DNA of 64,000 nucleotides from a virus: IMG/VR virus record IMGVR_UViG_3300029258_002856; one strand, 5' to 3'. Shown piece by piece: positions 47,209 to 56,000 of this stretch (position 1 is its first letter; each line of letters starts with the position of its first letter). The notes under the pieces were generated by a model. It saw only the letters and a program-made list of their open reading frames with translations, ran no database searches and was not told where the DNA came from. The position numbers and the translations under genes were made by a program.

Positions 47209-48059
47209 TTTGGCCCCCTACAGCGGCTGTAGTACCCACAGAATTTTTCAGTGCACACCCAGGAAGTAGGGTCGCACCGCGGAAAGATACCCTTTTTGAT
47301 GTAGTCGACTACTTCTTCCACGTCTTCGACCAACACCCGTTTATCGGTCACGTCACGTCTTGACTTTAACGGTTCGTAGCGTGTTCCGGTTTTCTGGTCA
47401 AGGAGCAAGTCGACACGAACACGGTCAGTGTTCTCAACGATGGCGTAAAACGTGAGTTGGGGTGCGTGACGTACTTTTTGTGGGGGCCATTTGCGCCCTG
47501 TCAACTTCAAGTCGGAGACAACTTCAATCCTCGGCGGATTCTCGGGGTCGTCATCAACGGTCAGCTCATCCTCTTCTACGCTATCCACCAAGTCGATGAA
47601 ACCTCGAACCGGCACTACTCCGATTTTGACCGCGAAGGCGTGCTCCACTTTGACGGGGCGTATCTTGGGAACTGCGTCTTGGTAGTAGGTCCGGAATGTG
47701 TAGAGGGTGCGGTCTTTCAAGAGTCCCAAATCGGTGCTCTTCTCGTCTTCCGCAAGTTCCACGTCTTCGATTTCTGTGTCGTACGCATCCGCCACGCTCT
47801 GCGTGGCATCTTCGAGGGGCAACGGCTCTCCGTGCTCAATGGTATGTTTGTGCGTGACCTCGGCCCCCTTATGCACTGCGCGACCGCGGGCCGCGGCAAT
47901 ACCAGGAGCCGAAATCAGGTTCTGGACGTACCGATAGGAGTACTGCCGGGGGCAGCGCCGGTACATGTCGAACTGTGAGGGGGACAGGACTCCTCGAGGA
48001 ATATCGGGGTCCGTAAAGTCAGGGGGGTAGTTGAATTTACTCTCGTAGTCTTTTCCCAT
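47205..48059 (-). CDS. PD-(D/E)XK (RecB/Cas4-like) nuclease
   Basis: LSPSQFDMYRRCPRQY, VRGFIDLV, VVSDLK, CDPTSWVC..FCGY..C; start reassigned to ATG 48059 (SD GAGG). Confidence 0.8.
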   Translation of the reverse strand: MGKDYESKFNYPPDFTDPDIPRGVLSPSQFDMYRRCPRQYSYRYVQNLISAPGIAAARGRAVHKGAEVTHKHTIEHGEPLPLEDATQSVADAYDTEIEDVELAEDEKSTDLGLLKDRTLYTFRTYYQDAVPKIRPVKVEHAFAVKIGVVPVRGFIDLVDSVEEDELTVDDDPENPPRIEVVSDLKLTGRKWPPQKVRHAPQLTFYAIVENTDRVRVDLLLDQKTGTRYEPLKSRRDVTDKRVLVEDVEEVVDYIKKGIFPRCDPTSWVCTEKFCGYYSRCRGPK

Positions 48060-48060
48060 G

Positions 48061-48444
48061 TCAATCCTCGTCGCCGAACTCGGTCCCAGGAGGGGGTGGT
48101 TCGTGACTTTCGGTGGGTCCGAGGGGCCGTACTCCGGGAACACCCGCGCGTGCCAGGTCTTCACTCTGCCCCAGGATGCTCCCCATAGAGGGGCTATCGT
48201 CGCTGACCTCGTGAGAGGGGCGAATTCCTAGCTCTTCAGTCTCAGAAGTCTCAATGGTTCGAACTTGTAGGGAATCGGTAGCAGTGGGCTTTGGCGCTAC
48301 CTGTGCCATTTCGCCAACACGCACATTCTTAATGGTGACGTAGAACGGACGTGTCTTGATTTCGATGTCTTCTTCTTTTAATTCGTACCCGAGACCTTTA
48401 CTCAGTAAAGCTAGGAGCTCCTTCTTCTCCAGTTTGATTTCCAT
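48061..48444 (-). CDS. Hypothetical protein
   Basis: 127 aa ORF between the helicase and nuclease genes. Confidence 0.6.
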   Translation of the reverse strand: MEIKLEKKELLALLSKGLGYELKEEDIEIKTRPFYVTIKNVRVGEMAQVAPKPTATDSLQVRTIETSETEELGIRPSHEVSDDSPSMGSILGQSEDLARAGVPGVRPLGPTESHEPPPPGTEFGDED

Positions 48445-50494
48445 TGTTCCCTCGTCGCTGCGTAGGCTTGATGAGCCCCGGTCGAGTAACGATGCGACCC
48501 ATCGCAGGGGTTAATATACACCCTTTAGTCCACGGTTGAATACCCTTTTCAAAACATTTTTCGTGTTTATCACAGAAAAGGCAGTTTATATCCTTCGTTA
48601 ACGTTTTTGCGATGTCTTTACGCCGGTCTAAAGCCGCAAGTTGTTGCCGCTCTAAAGACCCGCGTGCCAGCAAACGATACACCATTACCCGTGAGGTCTG
48701 CCCTAGACGGTAGTTACGTCCCCGCGATTGTTCCCAGTCTTCAAGCTCCCAGGTGCGGCTGTAGTATATCGTGTACGCGGCGGCAGTGAGAGTGATAGCG
48801 ATACCCGTGGATATCTGTGCCAGGTAAACGCGACAGTTTTTCTCCTCCTGAAATTCTTTTTTGTAGACGTGAACCTTTCCCGAATTCTTTCCGTCCACTC
48901 GGACGTGTCCCCATTTTTTCTTTCGCAACAGCGCCTGGATGTCGTCGAGTTCGGCCTCGTAAACCGCCCAGACGATGACCTTGTTTCCCTCTTCGCTCAG
49001 GATGTCCGTGAGCAGCTCCTCTAACGCTTTCAGTTTCGGGTTGCTTGGAAACCGGAGGGTCTCTCGCGCGCCCCAGTTCTTCAGCTCGTCTTTCTTGTGA
49101 CAGAGGGGGGTTCCTGGGTGAATCTTGTTGACGACACAATCGTTCAGGGTTTCGCAGTCGTCACAGACGTTCATCTCCTTGGGAGAATAGAGGAAACCAC
49201 TACATATTTGTAAGAGCTTCGTGATGCGGATGGCGCTGTTGTGTAGCTCGAGAGGTTCTGCGTTGTGGCGCTCTATCTGCATATCCGTAATGGCGGTGTT
49301 GTAGGCTTGCATCTGCTCGGAGGACAATTCGAACTTGATATTCTGGTCGAAAATGCCAGGGAGACCTTCGAGTTCTTGTTCACTGGAGACTTCGCGTAAC
49401 CGTCTGTTTAGGACGTGGAGGTTCTTATACCCGATAACTATCTTGTCGTTTCGAGGCGAAACTTCTGTATAAGTCTGCCCGAACGTCTTCCAGTTTTCCG
49501 GGAAGATGTACCGGGCGAGGGCCTTCATCTGGGGGAACATATCCCGAGGGTCGCCGAGAGTGATGGTGCCGGTCAGCCACACTCGACGCGGTAACAGTGT
49601 CGCTAGCTTCAGGACTGCGCGTGTTCTCTTGCTCCGGATGGATTTGAAACGGTGTGACTCGTCCGCAATCAGAAGTTCAATCGGCAAATCACTCAGCCAC
49701 TGGATGTCATTCCCCACGAGGAGGCGTACCTCTTCGTCTATCTCTCTGGTTTTACGCCCCCGTATCCATTCTTGGGCCAGACGAGCTTGAAGTTTGCGGC
49801 TATTTGTACGCCGTAAAGCTTTTTGTAGTTTCGGGGTTGGGTAGAATTTTGCCTTCTCGAAGAGTTCTGCGGCCTCTCGGTAAAGGGTGGGGGTGCCGTA
49901 GCGCGCGGCCACATCGTAGGAGACTATGAAGATGTCTACGTCTGACTGGTCGGCTAGCACATCGAGTTTGGCCTGGGCGGAGGAGCCCAACATCTGAGCG
50001 GTGCTGAGAGTCCCTTCCGTGTGCATCTGTGTCTCTTCTGCCCAGTTCATGATAGCCACGACCGGACAGAGCACGAGGGCTCGAGCCTTGAGGATGTCAA
50101 CGGCGTCGACAGCGACTTTCGTTTTGCCAGTACCCATGGCCCAACGGAGCACCCAGCGGTGATTATAGAGTATCTCCGCTAGCCCTCTTTTTTGGTGTTC
50201 GAGGGTCGAATCCTTGTACGGACCTTTGAACTCGTAGGCTTCAACGAATTCCGTTTTCTCCTCTAAAGTTCCAACGCTCGCAATCCACTCGGCGGCTTTA
50301 GCCGTAAACGTTCCTTCTTTATGGACAACTTCAATATCGTGTAGTACTTTTTCGAGAAACGGTGGGTAAGCCGGAAAGAACCAACAGCGAGTTTTCTTGT
50401 CGTACGTTGCCCCATACACACGGAACCACTCGGCGTCACTTCGCTGCACCCGGAAGAGCGGGATTTTGTTTACGAAAACTGTGTCGATTTCCAC
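48398..50494 (-). CDS. SNF2-family (SF2) helicase
   Basis: AMGTGKT, LIADESHRFK, LTGT, KVIVWA, VRVDG, TGIAITL, EQSRGRNYRLGQ; GTG start with SD AGGAG. Confidence 0.9.
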   Translation of the reverse strand: MEIDTVFVNKIPLFRVQRSDAEWFRVYGATYDKKTRCWFFPAYPPFLEKVLHDIEVVHKEGTFTAKAAEWIASVGTLEEKTEFVEAYEFKGPYKDSTLEHQKRGLAEILYNHRWVLRWAMGTGKTKVAVDAVDILKARALVLCPVVAIMNWAEETQMHTEGTLSTAQMLGSSAQAKLDVLADQSDVDIFIVSYDVAARYGTPTLYREAAELFEKAKFYPTPKLQKALRRTNSRKLQARLAQEWIRGRKTREIDEEVRLLVGNDIQWLSDLPIELLIADESHRFKSIRSKRTRAVLKLATLLPRRVWLTGTITLGDPRDMFPQMKALARYIFPENWKTFGQTYTEVSPRNDKIVIGYKNLHVLNRRLREVSSEQELEGLPGIFDQNIKFELSSEQMQAYNTAITDMQIERHNAEPLELHNSAIRITKLLQICSGFLYSPKEMNVCDDCETLNDCVVNKIHPGTPLCHKKDELKNWGARETLRFPSNPKLKALEELLTDILSEEGNKVIVWAVYEAELDDIQALLRKKKWGHVRVDGKNSGKVHVYKKEFQEEKNCRVYLAQISTGIAITLTAAAYTIYYSRTWELEDWEQSRGRNYRLGQTSRVMVYRLLARGSLERQQLAALDRRKDIAKTLTKDINCLFCDKHEKCFEKGIQPWTKGCILTPAMGRIVTRPGLIKPTQRRGNNGNQTGEEGAPSFTE

Positions 50495-50553
50495 GACTGG
50501 CTCCTGTATCCTATGATTTGATGACGAGGTTGTTCACGTAAGGAGACCCTACG

Positions 50554-52290
50554 ATGACGACGGGATACAATATCGTTGACCCTTTCCTTTATGGGAAGCA
50601 GGGCGCGACGCACTCCAACCCGTATTACACATACAGTCAACTCTACAGCCCTAAACGGCTTCGAGATTTGTTCAAGTGGTGTGAATATCTGTTCTACAAC
50701 AGCTCTCACATTTACGCCGCCCTTCGGAAGTTTGGTGAGTATCCCATCACTGAGGTTACCTACGATACGACGAATGACGCCCTAAAGCAAAAGCACAAGG
50801 TACTTCTTCAGAAAGTCATCCGTATCCGCGAACTCCTGATAAAGGCGACCCTCGACAAATTCGTTTATGGAAACGCCTTCATCTCAATGTATCAGCCCTT
50901 TGTGCGGTACCTACGATGCCCGCACTGTTCTACGCTGACGAACATCCAGCACGTCAACTACAAATTTAGCGTTCGGAATTTGCACTTCTCCTACACCTGT
51001 CGGGCATGCGGTACCGCTGTGCGCGCCAAAGAGAAGGATGTCGAAGATCGAAAGTTGATGCTCAGTCGGAATATCAACTTCATCCGGTGGGACCCCAAGA
51101 AGATGGACATCGACCACAATCCGATGACGGGTGAGTCGGTGTACTACTACGAGATTCCGCAGTCGGTCATCCAGCGCGTTAACGACGGGCACAAGACTCT
51201 CATTGATACATTGCCTATGGGCTTCTTGAAAGCCATCAAGAAGAACAAACCATTCCGGTTTGCACCAGATGCGGTCTTCCACATGAAGATAGGTGGCCCT
51301 GCTGGAATCAACCCGCAGTGGGGTTTGCCCCCGCTTATCACGGCGTTGCAGCTCTTCCACTATACGGCGGTGCTTCGTAAAGCAAACGAGGCTATCGCGT
51401 TGGAATACCTTGTACCATTTAGAATCATACATCCCGCACAACAGAGCGGGAACGCGGACCCCGTACAGCAAATCAGTCTCGAGAACTGGCGCGACGAAAT
51501 GGCGCGCAACTTTAAGATGTGGCGTAAAGACCCTCTACACACGATGTGGGCACCGATTCCCGTCGGAATGACCCAAGTAGGGGGTCAGGGACGCGCGTTA
51601 CTCACTCTGGGGGAAGTCCAAGAGGCCGAGAAGAACATCGTTGCCGCTCTTGGCATCCCGATTGAGTTCCTTTACGGGGGTCTCACGAAGAGCGGGATGG
51701 AAGCAACCCTCCGTCTCATTGAAAATCAGCTCGAAACCCACGTCAACGACCTCAAGGACTTGCTCCAGTGGGTGGACGATAGCTGCTCGAAATTCCTTGG
51801 TTGGGAAAAAATACCGGTGAGCCTCACCAAGTTCCGAATGGTGGACGACTACAACAAGCAGGGAATGATGCTTCAGCTCTGGCAACAGGGTAAAGAGGGC
51901 GGTCCTCAAGTCGTTTCGGACACCACAATGGCTGAACTCAATGATATCGACCTCTCGCAAGAAGAGGAACGCATTAAGCAAGAAACGCTCGATGCCTACC
52001 GGCGTCAACGTGAACTCAATGCCGAACTCCAAAAGTTACAGAACAACCTCGCAGAAAAGGCTTTGCAGGAAGCTCAGAGCGGTGGGAACGCCACCAACCA
52101 GCAGCAAATCATCGGGCAGGCGGATATGATTGTACAGGAGCTTGCGCAGATGGACGAAGGAATGCGCAGGAGCAGGCTGCATGAGCTTCAGGTATCTGAC
52201 CAAGTGCTTTACGCCGTAGTGATACAGCGGTGGGAACAATACCAAACAAGCATGACTCAGGAAGCCAAATCCAGCATGAGGATGGGCTAG
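50554..52290 (+). CDS. Probable portal protein with Zn-ribbon insertion
   Basis: 578 aa, SD AAGGAG; portal-like VFHMK.G.P....WGLPPL; coiled-coil C-terminus; CPHC..CRAC insert. Confidence 0.55.
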   Translation: MTTGYNIVDPFLYGKQGATHSNPYYTYSQLYSPKRLRDLFKWCEYLFYNSSHIYAALRKFGEYPITEVTYDTTNDALKQKHKVLLQKVIRIRELLIKATLDKFVYGNAFISMYQPFVRYLRCPHCSTLTNIQHVNYKFSVRNLHFSYTCRACGTAVRAKEKDVEDRKLMLSRNINFIRWDPKKMDIDHNPMTGESVYYYEIPQSVIQRVNDGHKTLIDTLPMGFLKAIKKNKPFRFAPDAVFHMKIGGPAGINPQWGLPPLITALQLFHYTAVLRKANEAIALEYLVPFRIIHPAQQSGNADPVQQISLENWRDEMARNFKMWRKDPLHTMWAPIPVGMTQVGGQGRALLTLGEVQEAEKNIVAALGIPIEFLYGGLTKSGMEATLRLIENQLETHVNDLKDLLQWVDDSCSKFLGWEKIPVSLTKFRMVDDYNKQGMMLQLWQQGKEGGPQVVSDTTMAELNDIDLSQEEERIKQETLDAYRRQRELNAELQKLQNNLAEKALQEAQSGGNATNQQQIIGQADMIVQELAQMDEGMRRSRLHELQVSDQVLYAVVIQRWEQYQTSMTQEAKSSMRMG

Positions 52291-52824
52291 ATGCAAGACA
52301 AAGAGAAAGACTTCCTCTCGACGGTATCCGAGGCCGGGGACCCTATTGTTGAATCCTCCGAAGAACTCGATAACCCGAGCGTGTTTGCGAAACAAGAGAA
52401 TCCGTTCGTTAAGCCCGGAGAAAAGGGGGGCGGCCCACGCTTGAACTACCGCGCACACTCCCGTGTTTTCACTATCTGGCGCGACTGGGAAACCTGTTCC
52501 CGCTGCAAGGACGAGCTAAAGAGCGGGTCTTTGCAACTTCCCAAGAGCGGGGATTACACTTGTCCTCATGTGCAGAACGGGGAGTTCAAAGAAGTGATGG
52601 ACGAAATTCTCTCTGGTAAATCGTTAATGGACCGACGGGAGTATTTCTATACCGATAGCGGTGCCCGTTGTGTTCATTTAACGTGGCTCACTCCCGACCA
52701 GGAAACAGTAGAGCGCCTCAAGAAAGCCGAAGCGTACAAGGAAGAACACGGGGTTTGGCCTCCCAATCTCAAGAAAGCTTTCGAGGACCCGGTAGAGGCC
52801 AAAAAAAGGGCAGTGGAGAGCTAG
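52291..52824 (+). CDS. Hypothetical protein
   Basis: Abuts the portal stop; CSRC..CPH. Confidence 0.65.
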   Translation: MQDKEKDFLSTVSEAGDPIVESSEELDNPSVFAKQENPFVKPGEKGGGPRLNYRAHSRVFTIWRDWETCSRCKDELKSGSLQLPKSGDYTCPHVQNGEFKEVMDEILSGKSLMDRREYFYTDSGARCVHLTWLTPDQETVERLKKAEAYKEEHGVWPPNLKKAFEDPVEAKKRAVES

Positions 52825-52844
52825 CGCTAAGCCTCTCCACTACC
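52801..52844 (-). terminator. Intrinsic terminator of the minus-strand small transcript
   Basis: Minus strand GGTAGTGGAGAG-loop-CTCTCCACTGCC (12 bp, one G-U valid on minus) followed by C and T7. Confidence 0.8.
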
Positions 52845-52876
52845 AGGACTCGCCGAAGGAGGTCAGCGTAACGGCG

Positions 52877-52918
52877 CTACAAGAACGCCAGCAGCACGAC
52901 GAATGGTCTGATTACCAT
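52877..52918 (-). CDS. 13 aa hydrophobic micro-peptide MVIRPFVVLLAFL
   Basis: SD GGGAGGT 9 nt upstream; lies within the small transcript. Confidence 0.4.
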   Translation of the reverse strand: MVIRPFVVLLAFL

Positions 52919-52940
52919 TGCCGCGGCACCTCCCTCGGAT

Positions 52941-52958
52941 TTACAGTCCGAATTCCAT
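52941..52958 (-). CDS. 5 aa upstream micro-ORF MEFGL
   Basis: SD AAAGGAGG 5 nt upstream; the SD is sequestered in the 5'-3' stem. Confidence 0.3.
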   Translation of the reverse strand: MEFGL

Positions 52959-52989
52959 ATGGGCCTCCTTTCGTCCGAGTCCTTGCATT

Positions 52990-52998
52990 CTTATACCA
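52990..52998 (-). promoter_or_regulatory. Extended -10 promoter TGGTATAAG
   Basis: TG-N-TATAAG; predicted start at 52984/52983 coincides with the first base of the long-range stem. Confidence 0.55.
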
Positions 52999-53024
52999 TT
53001 AAGCCTTTACGTCTTCGTATCTCA

Positions 53025-53053
53025 TCTCCTATACTTCATTTGACTTTTGGAGG
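53025..53053 (+). promoter_or_regulatory. TATACTTCA promoter-like motif upstream of the RNAP gene
   Basis: TATACTTCA at 53030-53038; TTTACG about 18 bp upstream; SD GGAGG at 53049-53053. Confidence 0.5.
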
Positions 53054-53059
53054 AACTCG

Positions 53060-56000
53060 ATGCCCGAACTTACGCCCATTCTGGTGGACCCAGAGACCCG
53101 GCGCGACATGATTCGTGTCAAGGTCTTAGAGGGGTTGAAAGAGTCGTTTCCCCTCAAGGCCCGGAACCGCACTATCGAAGTCGATAACCTCGAAGTCGAT
53201 ACGAAAGAATTCTCATCGACAGACCAGAAGAATGCTCTCTTGCGGGGGGACTCCCTCTTCGAGCGCGTGAAAGGGACGGTTCGTCTCCGCGACAACAAGG
53301 GGAAGGTACTGAGCGAGGCATCGAACTTTACGCTAGCTCGCGTCCCATGGTTCACCCCACGCCACACCCTCATCGTAGGCGGCAACGAGTACTCCATTTC
53401 CAACATGGTGCGTCCGAAGCCCGGCGTGTACGCACGAAAGCGTGCCAATGGGATTCTGGAAGCGAACTTCAACGTCGTGGGCGGCGCGAACTTCAACGTG
53501 AGTATGGACCCCGAAAAGGGTGAACCGCAACTCGAGTACGGCGCGACGAAGGTACCCCTTTACCCCGTATTGCGGAGGGCCGGGGTCAGCCACGAGCGTA
53601 TCTCGAAAGCGTGGGGGAAGCAGCTGGCCGAAGCGAACTTCAAGAAGCTGTGGAAAAACTCGGGACGCACTATCGACAAGCTCTACGGGAAAGTCATTCC
53701 CGAGTACCGGCGCACTGCCGGTGCGGATACCGAGGCGAAGACGCGGGAAATATTTGCGCGTTACGCCGAAGCGAAGATGGACCCCGACGTCAACCGTCAG
53801 ACCCTCGGCAAGGGATACCGGGAAGTAACCCCCGACAGCCTGTTAGACGCCTCGGGGAAAGTCTTGCGCATCTTCAAGAACGCGGACGAGATTGACGACC
53901 GGGATAACCTGGACTTCAAGTCCTTCCACTCCGTCGATGATTTCTTCAAAGAGCGTATCAAACTGGACGCACGAGAGATTGCGCGGAAGGCAGCAATCAA
54001 GTCCGAGTCGACTCCGGACGTGAAGCGTATCATCCCCCCTGGTCCGTTTACATCTGGCCTCGTGAAGTTCATCAATAGCTCCCAGCTTGCGTCAGTTCCT
54101 ACGCAGACGAATCCCATGGAGCTCATTGACTCCGCGGTGCGCGTCACTTCCCTCGGGGAGGGTGGCATCTCGAGTGAGCGTGCGATTCCCATGGAAGCAC
54201 GACAGGTACATGTCACCCAGATGGGAGCGTTGGACCCTATACGCACTCCTGAGTCTTTCCGGGCCGGGATCGATGTCCGCGCCGCGATGATGGCAAAGCG
54301 CGATGCGCGTGGAAACATCTACGTGCCCGTGCTGGACGCGAAAACGCGCCGGGGTAAGTACATCCGCGCAGGGGATTTGCAACGCTCGGTCGTCGCTTTT
54401 CCGGGACAACAGTTGAGGGGACAAGTAGAAGCCCTTGATAACGGTGAAATCAAACGCCTTGCAGCGTCGCGGGTTCAGTACCAGATTCCACATGCTTCGG
54501 CACTCTATAGCCCCGCGACAAACCTGGTGCCGTTCCTCGAATCAGCACAAGGTAACCGGGCCATCATGGGTTCGAAGATGCAGGTTCAGGCCCTCTCTCT
54601 GGTGGGCCGAGAAGCTCCCATGGTCCAGGTCAAGTCGCAGACGGGGCCTACCTTCGAGCGCATCATGGGTGGGGTCATTAACCCAGTCTCCCCGGTGTCT
54701 GGGGTGGTCAAGAAAATCGACAAGGACTACATCTACGTCCAACCGGACGGCGAGAAGACCGGAGCCAAGGGCAACAAGTATGTAAAGATTCCGTATGAAA
54801 CCAACTTTCCTCTCGCAGCCAAAACGTACCTTGACCACAAACTTGGAGTACAGAAAGGTGACAAGGTTTCTGCGGGTCAGCGCTTGGGCGAGTCCAACTT
54901 CACGGATAACGGGGTCCTGGCGCTGGGCAAGAATCTGCGCGTAGGCTTCATGGCTTATGACGGGGCGAACTCCAACGATGCCGTAGTCGTCAGTGAGGGC
55001 GGCGCGAAAAAGCTCACGTCCGAGCGCATGTACAAAATCGTGGTCCCTCGAGACCCGGACTTGACATTCAGCCGGGACAAGCACCGCACTTACTATGGAC
55101 ACGGATATACCAAGGACCAATACAAGCCTATCGATAAAGAAGGCGTGATTGCGCCGGGTACGCAGATTAATCCAGGTGACCCCCTCGTCATGGGACTTCG
55201 CAAGACACAGCTCACCGCGGATGACGTACTTCTTGGACGGCTGCACAAGTCACTGGCGCGTCCGTTCCGTGAGAACGTACATGATTGGGACCATGACCAC
55301 CCTGGCGAAGTCGTGGACGTCGTGAAGACGCCCAAGCGAATCGCCATTACTGTCAAGACACGAGAACCTGCTGGCATCGGAGACAAGGTTGCTGGGCGCT
55401 ACGGCAATAAAGGGGTCATCTCGCAAATCGTTCCCGACGACCAGATGGTGCGAGACGAGAAGGATAGGCCTATCGACATCCTGATGACTCCCGCCGGGGT
55501 GGTATCTCGTATCAACCCGAGTCAGATTATCGAGACTGCCGTGGGGAAGGTCGCGGAGAAGACCGGAAAGCCGATTGCCGTAGAGAACTTCTCTGGGCGC
55601 AACAACGTTCAATGGGCCAAGGATTTACTCAAGAAACACGGACTCAAAGACAAGGAAACGGTGTACGACCCGCGTACCGGGCGCAAGATTCCCGGGGTGC
55701 TTGTTGGGCGGCAATATATCATGAAGCTCTTCAAGTCCACGGACACCAACTACTCAGCACGGGGCATCGAGAATTACGACGTAAACCAGCAACCAGCTAA
55801 GGGGGGTACTCAGAGCGCCAAGGTGCTGGGTCGTATGGAGTTCGACGCGCTCCTCTCCCATGGAGCACGGAACGTCTTACGAGAAGCCGCAACTCTGAAG
55901 AGCCAAAAGAATGACGAGTGGTGGCGCAACATGCAGCTCGGATACCCTACGCCACCTCCAAAGACCACTTTCGCTACTGACAAGTTCCTTACGATGCTTA

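Larger units (their letters stand above)
52801..52984 (-). ncRNA. Candidate ~185 nt structured small transcript carrying two micro-ORFs (type I toxin mRNA-like or regulatory sRNA)
   Basis: Upstream extended -10, 5'-3' long-range stem 52845-52862/52964-52983, internal hairpins, terminator. Confidence 0.6.

Noticed and set aside
41218-48059. Cas4-like nucleases as a sign of a CRISPR system
   Set aside because: No repeat-spacer array or other cas genes seen; stand-alone PD-(D/E)XK nucleases are common in phage replication modules
50529-50545. TTGTTCACGTAAGG resembling a parS half-site
   Set aside because: Not palindromic and matches only part of the TGTTNCACGTGAAACA consensus
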